64,000 nt of DNA from Alloascoidea hylecoeti (taxonomy: Eukaryota): NCBI GenBank assembly GCA_001600815.1, contig BCKZ01000001.1:1956804-2020803 (forward strand), given 5' to 3'. The notes under the pieces are model-generated. The model did no database searches. It was not told the DNA's origin and saw nothing but the letters and a program-made list of their open reading frames with translations. Shown in pieces: positions 41,862 to 54,003 of the stretch; positions within the stretch are counted from its first letter, which is position 1; each line of letters starts with the position of its first letter. A program made the position numbers and the translations under genes.

Positions 41862-42535
41862 ATGATTTTTCAAAGATCCTTATTGACTGCTCAAAGAATA
41901 GGAATTAGAGGTATCAGACACAATTCCAGCCTTGTTGGTAAGGCCACTAGTTATGTCAACTGTGCAGTTTCAAAAGCAACTGGTAAGTTCAATAATACAT
42001 AATCTCTCTTTGTCTTGGTCTTGTCTTGTGAAATTTGTGCTTGGTTCTTCAGAAGGGGTTTAAAATACTTATTTTTTGTGGAGCTTGATTTTATATCCCG
42101 GAGTACCGATCGACGACGGCACACAGAAATTTCAACCCATATTTCACAAGCAAGAACGATCAATATTTATATTATCGAAATAAAATTTATTAAAAACTAA
42201 CGTTCATCCCTTAAGGTCTTGTTAATTGTTCGATCTATTGGAGTAAAGTTGTTGCCGAGCTAGGAAAACAAATTTACATTAAGGAAGGTCTTGCACCACC
42301 AGCTGGATCCACATTTAAAGAAGTTTACAAATCTCTTTATGAACAGGCTTTACAACTCAGTAAACAACCCAATGCTAGTTTAGAATCTGCCATCACTTTC
42401 GCTAAATCATTAGGTAAACCAGAACTTGTCAAATATGGTTCGATCACGGTTCAGTTATTGGGGTTGTTCTCATTGGGTGAAATTATCGGAAGACGACATA
42501 TCATTGGATACCCCAATTTTTCTAAACATCATTAA
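41862..42535 (+). CDS. ATP20: Mitochondrial ATP synthase subunit g, 146 aa (missed by the ORF track)
   Basis: join(41862..41982,42216..42535). GTAAGT...AACTAAC...AAG intron. Presequence-like N-terminus, IYWSKVVAELGKQIYIKEGLAPP, and QLLGLFSLGEIIGRRHIIGY. Confidence 0.93.
42015..42163 (+). other. Extended intronic RNA stem-loop inside the ATP20 intron
   Basis: Nested helices found by eye: TTGGTC/GATCAA, CTTGTGAAAT/ATTTCACAAG, TGTGC/GCACA, TTGGT/ACCGA, CTTC/GGAG, GGGGTTTAAAAT/ATTTTATATCCC. Confidence 0.65.
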
Positions 42536-44349
42536 GAGATTTAACTTGTTATATATATAAATCTGGAAAAAAGGTTTGGGTAAATTTTAAGTGATTAATC
42601 GAATAGCTTTACAATTTTTGTTTATTTCACCTACAGTTTTCAACTTTCATGAATATTAATAGAATGCCGTGCCCGTTTGAAAATGTTTTCCTGTTGCTTG
42701 TTTAAGCACATTTGCCAATTTATGTTTGCTTACGGTAATATAGCTTTTTTAAATATCTGTGTTTAAGATTGATTTGTATTTGTATATACACCAATTGAAG
42801 AGAATTCTTGTATTTTTTGTAATAAGAAATTCCTAGAGAAAATCGTCTGATATTTCTAGATCTCATAATATAATTATAGATTATAAATTACTTGCTGTTG
42901 AAACTGATTCTTTTAGCTATAGCAATATTAATCGTACTACATATATTAATATTTTGCGGAAGAGTTGATCTTGAATAATTTATAAGTTTCCCTTTAATTA
43001 TAGAATTCGAAGATATCCTGATCTATGTTTAATTTGGAATGTAGTGCATGCCTGCTATAATTATTTTCGAATCTCCTTCTATGGAATCAATTTCTTGTAT
43101 AAAAGTCTAGAGAGTTTCTTAAAAACAACACCATGATAATATACATCTTTATTATGATAATCTCATTCCTTATAATTATAAGTAAAACATTCAGCCAGAA
43201 GGGTATAATCTTCCACGTTGTATGGGCATCACCAACTATCTCTTCTAGTTGTTTATCTAGCTCAGAATCTATATTTTCTCTTATAAGCTTATAGATCTAG
43301 AGGCATGCGCATTACAGTCATTTTAATAATTATCCCTCTCACGCTTACGCTCACTACTTATGGAATGGACTATTACTTATTAATTAATATGATATATATA
43401 GAGCCCATCTATTTTCTCTACTTTAGGTTTTAAGGAATGACTCAATCAAGAACACGTTTATAAATAAAGACATTCAACGTTGACATTAACTAATATATAT
43501 AAGGCAGAAGAAGATCCAGTACTGGATGAGCCAGATTTAAACGATTAATTAATATAGGTTTTTATAGGAAATACACATTTACATATTGAATATATACATG
43601 AATAATGATAATAATTACTTATTGTCTCAATTGGCGTTGTTCACTGATGTTAAAAATCCTGAACTAATTTATATATGTTTACCAGATGGTCCCATAAATG
43701 AAAGATAAGATAGAACTTATTAAATGTACATCTATAGCTAGATTTCAACTGTTTTATCTCTCTTTCTTAAGTAAACACAATCTCGTACCGCCACCAAATG
43801 GAACTAACTTTTGATCGCAAATATCAATAGTTTTCCGTTGCTGTTTATTTAGACTTCGGTAGGTGATCAGAATAGTTAATCTTCGGTAAGTGAGAGGAGA
43901 GCCGGTGACCCACAGGTATACATCTACTCTTTCCCTCTCAGCCCCCAGTCCCCCTGCAGCTTTCAGCTTCAATCGATGTAATTTACAAATTAGTGGATAT
44001 ATAATTATTTCACTAAAGCTCCATCAAAAACCCCACTCACTCTCGGATTTCTCAAAGATTAATCACTCTGGTGAGTTTGATCTCATTTTCCGAAAATTTG
44101 TCGCCTACTGATAATCTATAGCTATTTATTCACTGGAGTTTTAGAAACACATACTTGTGGTATGTAATGGTACTGGTAAGTTGTAACTGGTGTGTATCTG
44201 CATATCGAAAGTTTATATCTAGGTCTATGCATCACATATACGGCATGGCAATGAATATTTATGAGTTTCTTGCCGAAATTAAGATGTTACACTTATACTG
44301 TGACTGTAGAATATACTAAACCGACCAGCGGCAAGCCAAAGTCATCTTC

Positions 44350-44755
44350 GCATTCAGAGAGGTATATAAAAGAAGTATTACAACTAGTAGTAGAAATCCA
44401 TTTTATTAAACCCATTAAAGTGGTATATTTCGACAGGACAATGCTCCAATCGACAATTTAGAAAACACCAGACTATTTTTGAAGAGAATCAACTGGAACA
44501 GCCATATTGGACTGTGAACCCCCCAAATCTGAATCCCATTGAAAACGCTTGGTGCAAGCTCAAAATTAACCCCAGAAACAAGTATTCAAAGTTAGAGTCA
44601 AGAAAATATGGTGTTAAGTCAAGAATTGTCTTTCAGAAGTAAGGTCAGAGTTAGGAGCCCAAATAGATCGATCCCCTTTTGACCTACTTATCGCATCCAT
44701 GAAAAAGCGACCAGAACTAGTTATCGCAGCAAAAGGAGGGCATATCTACTACTAG
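44350..44755 (+). mobile_element. Degenerate Tc1-family (DD34E) transposase C-terminal relic
   Basis: HSERYIKEVL, FRQDNAPI, WTVNPPNLNPIENAW and LIASMKKRPELVIAAKGGHIYY* appear in order. Restoring one base at about 44479 gives exactly 34 residues between D and E. Several frameshifts; TIRs not identified. Confidence 0.85.
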
Positions 44756-45954
44756 AATTGTCTTCAGAGATACCCAGACAGGTTATAAGGAACGTGATCT
44801 TTATTTTGTTTGGTAAATTTTCCTTGGGAATTGGCCCTATAATCAAGATTTTATGTTTCTGATCGCCTACAATATCAGTTGATCATAAAGCAAACTGGAA
44901 AAAGTGTTTAAATTTTTATAATTAATACATGTATACCGGTACTGCGATCGGTATATGAACTATTATAAAGTTGCAATCGCGCTTAGTTAACTCTAGATCA
45001 ATTTTTAGAAATAATTCGATTCAATTTAACTAATCAGAAAACAAAAATACGAAACGTTTTCTCCTGAATGAACTCTTTATAGACCAAATTCAATATTTAA
45101 TTATGGGATATTGTCCAATAGTTCAATAATCTTAAGCTCACAATCGCAATTATCGTATATATTGACTAAAATACAACTCAATTGTAAGTTATTTTGTAAC
45201 AGAAGCTAGGAAAGGGAGTCCATTGCAATTGAGCTAACTCTAACTGGCATATATTAAATTGTTTACTTTATTTGTTTCATAATTATTAATTACTCTTTAT
45301 CTAATTACTACATTTTATTAAAGTTAACGTTGATTAAATTGTAATTATAAGCTATAGTTAAGTGTATAACCTTATATCGATCGTAGGTTTGGATGAATGG
45401 GCTACATCCTACAATATATCATTGTTCACGATGATTATATGTCGTGATTCTCAATTGCAAGTTGAAGAAAGGCTGATTAACTCTGATCATATATTCAGAA
45501 ATGTAAAGGAGAGGAGTATGTTTCCCCACCCCGGACCCGTGGATATAACACCAACTAGAAAGATCAATTGCAAGAATCAACCGCGATTCGCAGACCCAAT
45601 ACGTTTATCTTGTGATACTTAGTTACTCCATATATCACACCATTGTTATAAAACGTCAATCTACCACCAGAGGCTTTGTTAAAGCCTAAATTTCTAGACA
45701 TTGATCTTTTTTTTTCGCAGGAAGTTCCTAAGGTATCTACTATATATAGGATACAAGTAGTAACAATTATAATTTATCATGGCTATTCTATTATAAGCTT
45801 GTAATTCAACATATGTAAATTTGATTATATAATTAAATTAATTAGGTAGTTTTACACCAACCAAAGAGCTCGAGTTCAAATTTGATTCTTAAGTTTTGCG
45901 TCAAAATAACCATGAAGATAGATCAATTAATTACAACAAAATCTTGATTGTGGA

Positions 45955-46216
45955 TAGACAATCGGGTGAAAAAAAATATTTTTTAGCCCGATTCCAAACC
46001 GAAACCTGGTTTCGGAGGGGGCAAATTTTTGACCTTCCTGGTATCGGTCGGGTTGGTATCGGCCTGATTGAATTTACATTTGATGATGTAATAAGATAGG
46101 GTATTTAATAGTATCGGTATCGGCATCGGTATCGGGGTATCTTCTTTGGCCCTGGTATCGAGCTGGTATCGGCCCTTGACCCCAAAATGCCCGAGTCCGA
46201 TCCGATCGCATGTCTA
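45955..46216. mobile_element. 262-bp non-autonomous hAT-type element
   Basis: Perfect 8-bp direct repeat ATTGTGGA at 45947-45954 and 46217-46224. Ends TAGACA...TGTCTA (the left end has a small deletion relative to the right). Many subterminal (GGT)ATCGG repeats. Confidence 0.8.
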
Positions 46217-47114
46217 ATTGTGGATAATTATTCGAATCTCGTGGGAAAGATATAATATAACCACAATTTTGAAGTTAAATTCAAAGAAAAATCTTAATTA
46301 ATGTCAGCTTTAAATCTTTTGATCATGAATAGACTTATAATAGAAGTAATTTGAATTGGTTACTATGATCGGACAAGGTATGGTTAATTTCTGGCGCCAG
46401 ATATCCCTTTATAATTAGATTTGAATCCACGGGTTCATAATTTACTGGATAATTTTCAAGAAATGTTCCTGAAAATATAGTAGACAATTAATAATTTATA
46501 TGGTGTACAAAAATAAACCTTCCGAGGGAAAAACTAAGGAATATAAATGTACATATAAATGAGACATTGAAATATTAATTATGTTATATGACATATCCTT
46601 CAATTTTATTATGGAACATCATCTACTTTTAAATTGAGAAAAGAAAGGTTGTGAGAAGCACCGAACGATGGGTTATTATAAAAAAAATTGATACGGTTGC
46701 TCCATCATCTCTTATCACCCCAAGAGATACTCCTACGTAATTATAATTTTGAGAAGTCAGTTATACACAGTTAAACTATCTCGATTCGCCAGTCCAAGGC
46801 GAAATATAAACCAATTGGTCCGATTCACTGGCCCAGCAATTGATTTATTTATTATAAGATATAATTATAAATAGCTAGCACTAATATAAGTTATAATTTT
46901 AATGGTTTAGAATATATTCAATTTTGAATTTCAATATAAATTTATATTAATCATCAATATAATATTAATATTACAAAAATTATATGTATATTTCCTTATT
47001 ATTTAGCTTAAACTTGAATATATATATAATAGTCTACTGCTCATTTTACAATTAAGTTAATCTTTATATACCGGTATAAATTACCTATATATCAAATATC
47101 ACTATTTTTTAACA

Positions 47115-48029
47115 ATGGAATTTAAAGAGCAAAATACTATTTTTGGATCGACATTTAATAACACAATATTTAACTTAAATCAAAATGATTTAATTCTAAT
47201 GGTTCATTACAAATTATTTATTTGGTTTCTCAGTTTTACATTAGAGTGTCAATACTCTGAAGAATTATCTTCCGTACTTTCACAGGGAGTAAATACTGAC
47301 AAAGGAAGGCAAGCAAAATCCAAATTATCACAACTTTCACAGGGTCAAGCTTGTGAGTTATCAACAGATTTGTTCGAAGAGCTGGGGAGACGATCTTTTC
47401 CATCTTCGACTTCAATGCCAGAAGTAGGCTTAAATCAAATGAGCTGTTTAGCAGCGGTTGATTCTTACAATCCAATTAGAAATCAGTCTAGACGAAAACT
47501 TTCTGAAATACCTGATCAGAGACTAAAAGATCTAGTTGTTGATCTGACTCAGGAGATTGGAAGACGACTGTCACATTCATTTAATCGCACTACATTAATA
47601 AATGAAAAATATTTTGAGGAATCGATAGTTACTGATGATGAAGAGTCAGATTTTAGAGATTCCGTTACTACCGTTTGCTCATCAGGTGGGGATGGCGAGG
47701 ATGATCATTTACACTCAGAGAAGACATTCATCTACAAACGCTATAGCGAACAGAGTTCACACATCATGCAAGATGATCTGGCTGAACATTTTTCTGCATT
47801 TATATCTAAACGTGAACAACTTCTCAATATGTTAACAGTGTTCATTAACTTGTTGTGTTTTTTGATGTTCTGGCTTCTCCTCACATTATTTGCTGGATTC
47901 AATATTTGTGAGCGGAATCAAGAAGATAAGTTTCAAGAGATGGTGGAAGAGGAAATGGCAATAGACTCAACAAATTATAGACGTCATGCTTCCCCATCAT
48001 CTGGACGAGACCTAAATATACAGTCATGA
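47115..48029 (+). CDS. Short Spa2-homology-domain (SHD-I/GIT) protein with predicted C-terminal transmembrane helix, 304 aa
   Basis: AKSKLSQLSQGQACELSTDLFEELGRR and RNQSRRKLSEIPDQRLKDLVVDLTQEIGRR align with the two SHD repeats of the neighbouring SPA2. Hydrophobic stretch LLNMLTVFINLLCFLMFWLLLTLFAGFNI. Confidence 0.8.
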   Translation: MEFKEQNTIFGSTFNNTIFNLNQNDLILMVHYKLFIWFLSFTLECQYSEELSSVLSQGVNTDKGRQAKSKLSQLSQGQACELSTDLFEELGRRSFPSSTSMPEVGLNQMSCLAAVDSYNPIRNQSRRKLSEIPDQRLKDLVVDLTQEIGRRLSHSFNRTTLINEKYFEESIVTDDEESDFRDSVTTVCSSGGDGEDDHLHSEKTFIYKRYSEQSSHIMQDDLAEHFSAFISKREQLLNMLTVFINLLCFLMFWLLLTLFAGFNICERNQEDKFQEMVEEEMAIDSTNYRRHASPSSGRDLNIQS

Positions 48030-49200
48030 TCGATTACTAGAGCGACAGTTAATAATTAGAAGGTATATGACTATGAAATTGAATGATATCTATTTCTTTT
48101 TTGTTTTAATTTATGCATTTTATATTGGTATGGACGTTCTTAGGACAGCGAATGACTAAATTACAACTAATTACACATCTGAGTAATAGCGGTAAACGGT
48201 TAGTGTGTCAACTTTTTTGCATGGTGTTATTTTCATTGATGATTATTTATTTTTATATTTTTAATTTTTTGTTCGGTGGCATAAGCCTTATATATTTATA
48301 TTATAGAGAATTTAACCAATAAATGTTTTTGAATTTTGATTTTAAACCGTTGTTTTATAGTTATATTATATTGATTTTAATATACCAAACCAATTATATA
48401 TTTTTAAGATATTTATAATTGGTTATATTCAACCGTGGCTCGAACATACTAATATACAACTTATAGCTTATACATTGTCACTATATATATATATATAACT
48501 TTAAACTTATACTAATATTGTTATAAGTATAATGCTATGTTAGCTTTATGACTTTTGAAATGAACTAATAATAGTACGTATACTAGTATATCCGGTCGTA
48601 TACTTAAATTGAATCTAAACATGTTATGTATATTATATATTGATATTAATATTGTGTTCCGTTAGCTACCTAGATCTATTAATTATATTTTATTTTTATG
48701 ACAAAGCATCGGAAACTTGGATATTTCACATAAATAAGTACTAATATAAACACCGATATACCAATCATATATGATAACTAATTCCGTACCACACGTCTAG
48801 AATAACCAATTGAAAAGGGCGAATGAAATTAAATATAACGATTTGAAATTGTACTACCGTTAGATCTTGTAATAAGATATAATACAGAATCATGGCTATC
48901 GCGATATTTGATGGTAACATTTTGTAAATTCAGAAATAGTTTTAGGGCATATATAATGTTGCAATTGATTAAATAAATTTAAATAGGAACTAAAATATAC
49001 ATAAAATTTAAATCAAGTAGAAGTAAATAAATGATACAAAGGGTAAAATAAAAAAAGAAATTCAATATTAATAAAATCATTAAAATAATACATTATGTCC
49101 GATTCATATACGATCAAGCTTTTCATCGATATCTCAATAAGTCATATTTCGTTGCTATGTAAACCCAGAAGAATACACAGATATTGTTTTAGGACTGAAC

Positions 49201-52200
49201 TCAAAAACTGTTATTGACTTCTTCAACTGTTTTAACTAATTCTTTAGTAGACTTGGCAATATCAAAAGCAACCCCAGCCAACCTTTGTTTGAACTGCTTA
49301 TCGGGATAATCGTCAGGTTTCCCTTGTTTATCATTCGATATGTTTTTCATTCGTCTAGAGGATTCTGAAAGGCTATCTAGAACCCATCGGCCATGTTCCT
49401 TTAATTTATAATGACGGGATTGCTCCATGGAAACGCTTGTGGCTTCGACTATTTTATCCACAACCTCGTTTATTTCAAATGATTCAATAGTTAATGTACC
49501 CTGTTTAGAAGTAGGGGCTTTAATTGAGTGAAGTAACTGTTGAACTGTATCAATAACATTCGAACATTGATGCTCAAGATATAATAAGAGGTCAGGAATA
49601 GTATTGTCTGGGTCTTCAATGTCATAATTTTCAATACTAAAATCATCAGCATTGTGATTATCTGCTACAATATAGTGTGAATTACCATTTATATGGCTAG
49701 TTAAGCTACCAAGAGGTCCAGGCATTGACTTATTTAATACGTTAAAATTATCATTTTGATTATCACCTGATGAGCGGCTCCTTCTTGTGGTTAGGACTGA
49801 GCTTGATTGTGGCGTTCGTGAGTTATTTAAAGGAGCTGCAGAATAATCTAATTTTATGGGAATATGTCGTCCATTTGTTTTTGTTCTATTTGTTCCAGTA
49901 CTAAAACTTCTTAAACCTGAAGTAATATCATTATTTTCACCGTTTAATTCCGATGGTTTCGGTAATTTTGAATTGTTGTCATTTACATTATTATTGTCGA
50001 TATTCCCATAATTAAAATCAACAGCATCTACTATTTTAACAACCTTTAATAACTCAGTAACTGCAAAAGATAAATCCGCTACAGCAGAATCAACAATAAA
50101 AAAGGGTAAAAATTGTGATGAGGTCACTTGATACCTTGTTGCTGTTATAAGATGATTTGCTGAGGCACTTACCAAGGAAACCATTTCTTTTATTGCTAAA
50201 GATCCTTGTGACCCTTTTGTTTTGGTTTCAACATCCTCGATAATTTTTCTAATTGTTAACATTAAATCACCTAATAATTTTAACAAATTTTCTTCATTTG
50301 ACGAACGGAGATTTATTAAATAGTTTTCAACGGCGACTTGAAATTTTACTAGACTCAATCTTGAAACCATACCATCAGGACTTGAATAGTTTTCAAAATT
50401 ATTGTGTTTTTGAAAATTCAGAGTGGTTGAGTTAATAGAATCAACTTCCTGATAGGTGTCAAAATTTTGATTCAACTGATTTGATCTCAGAGCTTCATAT
50501 TTAGATCTCCAACTATTTGCTTCAATTTGTAGAGATTCCATCTTGATATCCATGGATGTGTCTGTTATAATTTCTGGATTTAAGTCTTTATTTTTCTCAT
50601 GTTGGTTTAATTTGTCTATTGCTTCGGAAAGTTTCGAATTTAAATTTTTATTTGAAATTTCTAATTTTTCATATTCTCTTTTTAAAAGATTATTATCATT
50701 TAAACTATTTTTTTCAAAATCTTTAATTTGATTTTTCGATATTAATAGTAAGGATTTTAATTTTTCATTTTTATCATTAATATCAATATTTGCATTTTTC
50801 AATTCAGATAATTTATCATTTAAAACTTTAATTTGATTCTCATAATTCAAAATATTATTATTCAAATCGGTTAAATCATTATTCCAATTTTCTTTTTCTT
50901 TTAATAAATTGTTATGTTCAATTGTTAACTTATTAAAATCTTCTTTAGCAGTTGATAGTTTTTCCTGATAATTCTCTTCAAGATCATTTATTTCTAAACT
51001 TTTGTTTGTAAATGCATCTACAAAAGAAATCTTTTCTTCTTGTAATTCGGAAATTTTATTTTCTAGTTCCGTTATTTTTAAATCCATTCTTGTACCTTCT
51101 TCTAATAGTGTTCTAATTTCTCTGTCTTTATTATCATTAATATTATCAGGTTCATTATATGAATGAGATGCTCTTATTTGATCACGATTAAAGCCTTCAA
51201 ATCCAGTTTTGGCGATATTATTCAACTCAGAAAATTCTGGAAATTCTTCATCGGAATCCAATTGCAGTCTATGATCTCGATAAGGGTTTGGAATAGAAAA
51301 ATGATGACGAAGCGCAGATAAATCTGCAGGTCTAGGAGTTAAAGCTAATACCCTATTTTCATTATAATATTTTCCTAATTTCATATCATTAAAGTTCGTT
51401 TGAATTTCCATCATTGATTCGTTAATCTGGTCTTCAAAAGTCTTTTTTCTTTTTGGTGAATTTTGTAAATCGAATGAACCACTTGCTGGAGTATCTTTAA
51501 TATTATCAAATTCTGCAGTTGATTCTTCAGATTCACAGTTATAATCCGAAGAATCAAAATCAGAATCACCTATTAGTGTTGACTTTTTCGGTACAATCGT
51601 ACTAGTTTGAAACCCTGTTGATCTCGATAATAATGGCGATTTTAAATCTCTATTATTATTTACAGCATTTGATGAAGAGTCTATTGAGAATGGTCTATTA
51701 TGTTTGAAATCGGATTCGTAACTAGTAGAAACCATCCCTGAAAATTCTTCAATGTTACATGGAGGTTGAGCAGATGTTGATAAGTTATTAGGTTCGTGAA
51801 GGGTTTGAAAGTTTTCACTATCTGGGCTAAATTTATGGTCAGCCATGTCTATTTTTGACAAATAATCATCACTAGAGCTTGAACAGTTTGAATTTACCTC
51901 TGGTTTTGTATTGCCATTACTATCACTATTACCATCATATGCTCTTAAATTTGGAATTCTCCTTTCAATTTCAAAAGATATGTCTGAAACCAAATCTGTG
52001 AATCCAGCAGATGGTAAAGCGGATAATTTTTTTCTTGCTTGATTTCGTTTTATATGATAACCATTAACAGGCAATAAATAATTTGGTCCTTCTCTCGATT
52101 CATCAATTCTTCTCTTTAGTTCATCATACACATCAGTTGACAATTCACAAAATCGTCCAAGAGTTAAATGTAATAGTTTATCCCTAGCTCTACTTGATCC

Positions 52201-52320
52201 AATTACTTTTGGCGTTGGTGAATTATTGGAATCTCGTTCAGTTGAAACATTTAAAAACTGTGTTAGTGCTTTATGATGCGTTGAGAGAAGAGACCCTTTC
52301 TCGCGTGATCTGGGTGGCAT
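49201..52320 (-). CDS. SPA2: Polarisome scaffold Spa2
   Basis: Two SHD repeats (ARDKLLHLTLGRFCELSTDVYDELKRR; KRNQARKKLSALPSAGFTDLVSDISFEIERR), central coiled coil, and C-terminal conserved region (LLLYLEHQ...KQRLAGVAFDIAKSTKELVKTVEE). First ATG at 52320. Confidence 0.93.
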   Translation of the reverse strand: MPPRSREKGSLLSTHHKALTQFLNVSTERDSNNSPTPKVIGSSRARDKLLHLTLGRFCELSTDVYDELKRRIDESREGPNYLLPVNGYHIKRNQARKKLSALPSAGFTDLVSDISFEIERRIPNLRAYDGNSDSNGNTKPEVNSNCSSSSDDYLSKIDMADHKFSPDSENFQTLHEPNNLSTSAQPPCNIEEFSGMVSTSYESDFKHNRPFSIDSSSNAVNNNRDLKSPLLSRSTGFQTSTIVPKKSTLIGDSDFDSSDYNCESEESTAEFDNIKDTPASGSFDLQNSPKRKKTFEDQINESMMEIQTNFNDMKLGKYYNENRVLALTPRPADLSALRHHFSIPNPYRDHRLQLDSDEEFPEFSELNNIAKTGFEGFNRDQIRASHSYNEPDNINDNKDREIRTLLEEGTRMDLKITELENKISELQEEKISFVDAFTNKSLEINDLEENYQEKLSTAKEDFNKLTIEHNNLLKEKENWNNDLTDLNNNILNYENQIKVLNDKLSELKNANIDINDKNEKLKSLLLISKNQIKDFEKNSLNDNNLLKREYEKLEISNKNLNSKLSEAIDKLNQHEKNKDLNPEIITDTSMDIKMESLQIEANSWRSKYEALRSNQLNQNFDTYQEVDSINSTTLNFQKHNNFENYSSPDGMVSRLSLVKFQVAVENYLINLRSSNEENLLKLLGDLMLTIRKIIEDVETKTKGSQGSLAIKEMVSLVSASANHLITATRYQVTSSQFLPFFIVDSAVADLSFAVTELLKVVKIVDAVDFNYGNIDNNNVNDNNSKLPKPSELNGENNDITSGLRSFSTGTNRTKTNGRHIPIKLDYSAAPLNNSRTPQSSSVLTTRRSRSSGDNQNDNFNVLNKSMPGPLGSLTSHINGNSHYIVADNHNADDFSIENYDIEDPDNTIPDLLLYLEHQCSNVIDTVQQLLHSIKAPTSKQGTLTIESFEINEVVDKIVEATSVSMEQSRHYKLKEHGRWVLDSLSESSRRMKNISNDKQGKPDDYPDKQFKQRLAGVAFDIAKSTKELVKTVEEVNNSF

Positions 52321-53728
52321 TTTTTTAATGGCGTTCGTATTCGAGAAGTAAAATTGAAACAATGAAAAAAAGGTGAGAATTAATGTTTAGTACTAGAAGC
52401 AAATAGAGCAATAAATAGCATGAAATAAAACTTAATTTTAGCCTGCGGACTAGTACTGGGGTAAAAGTTAGTGTCCACCAACCTAGATAAATCGATACTA
52501 ATGAAAGGGAAAAGATGAATTCAGCTCAATAAAATTTATCTTTGGATTAATTTATATTTCTTTTCTATGTTTTCCTTCGTTAATTATAAACAGTACTAAA
52601 CAGTTCTAGTTCTTAGTTCATTTTTGGTGTTTTTGAGAAATGACCGTGTTTTTCCGGTCCTTCATAAAGGTCCCGCTAATAAAATTAGAATATTACGCAA
52701 TAGCTATTCAGGCAGCCCGAATTGCACGGGTACACATCTAAGAGACTATTAGAAACTTAACTTATAAATATGAGATAAGCATAATTATACTTATATTGAT
52801 AATGAAAAGCTTCGGATTTGACGAAACAACAGATGAAGATTCCCTTTCTCAACTTTTGAATCCCTGAGTTTATAATTATCTCTTTCAGCTATAGTTATAT
52901 CAATTCTCTTTAATAATACCATGTCCACTTCAAACATTACCGAATCGACTGGTAAGATATTCATAATTTTTAAAAGGAATTCTTTTCCAACATTTAATTA
53001 TTTAATTATTTACGTTTAAGCTTATAAGATTTGTATCGGAAGTGACCCTAGATCTCTTTCTATTCTATGTTTGGATAGTATAAATTTAAACCATATATTT
53101 TGGTACCTACGCACATAACGGGGTTTTAATTGTAAATAGATATAACTTACCTTAGCTATAGCTATAAGCCCTATAATCTATAAAATTATAAATGGATATT
53201 GCGATTCTATATAAGGTTGCTTTCTTTAAAGTCTTCTGATGATATCCTCGAAAAAGATCTTCAAACCTTACTTATTTAACTAAGCTTCAATAATATTTTC
53301 ATTTTCATTTGCAATGAAATTTTTAACTCCATTAATATTGGTCAGACTTCATTATTTGAGTCACGGTCAGTTGTACAAAAGAAGTCTTTCTATATTAAAT
53401 CAATTACAATTATATTGTTATGTTCACCGAAACTTTTATAACTATTGGGAACTCTGAACTTAATGAAGGTTAATCGATCGATTTATTAAAACAATGCAGT
53501 TCATTTGCAAAAAAAATTAGCACGAGGGCAGTAGCTATCAATATTGGATACCTAGTTACAGGTATACATTCTATACAATTGCAAGAAGAAAAATTATTAC
53601 TACTGAATGGATTATAAAACATGCAATCACGAAATTCCGAGAGGGGAGATTGACCAAGACATTGCGCACGTCACACTGGCCAAGGATGATTTTGGTTTAC
53701 TTAATTATTACAGAGCAAGAGTGTTATA

Positions 53729-53899
53729 CAGTTATTTCACTAATTTCGGACATTCTAACTACTAATTATCGGACACTCCCATAACTGATTTTCGGACGGG
53801 TTTGGTACCCGAATATTAGCCTAATAATGCGTCCGAAAATCAGTTATGGGAGTGTCCGATAATTAGTAGTTAGAATGTCCGAAATTAGTGAAATAACCG
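53729..53899. mobile_element. 171-bp foldback MITE flanked by TA (Tc1/mariner-pogo type)
   Basis: 70-bp arms at 53729-53798 and 53830-53899 with one mismatch (CAGT vs CGGT) and a 31-bp spacer. TA on both sides. Three TCGGAC units per arm. Confidence 0.85.
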
Positions 53900-54003
53900 T
53901 ATAATAATTAATCTAGGTTCCTCCTCGCCGGTATACAATATTATTTCCCTTGTGTGTTTATTACCCGGGCACGGGCTGAACACATTTTTATAGCTTATTG
54001 GTA

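Noticed and set aside
43785..43870. Minus-strand YRSLNKQQRKTIDICDQKLVPFGGG, reminiscent of Pif1/Helitron helicase motifs
   Set aside because: No intact Walker A or further motifs; could be chance.
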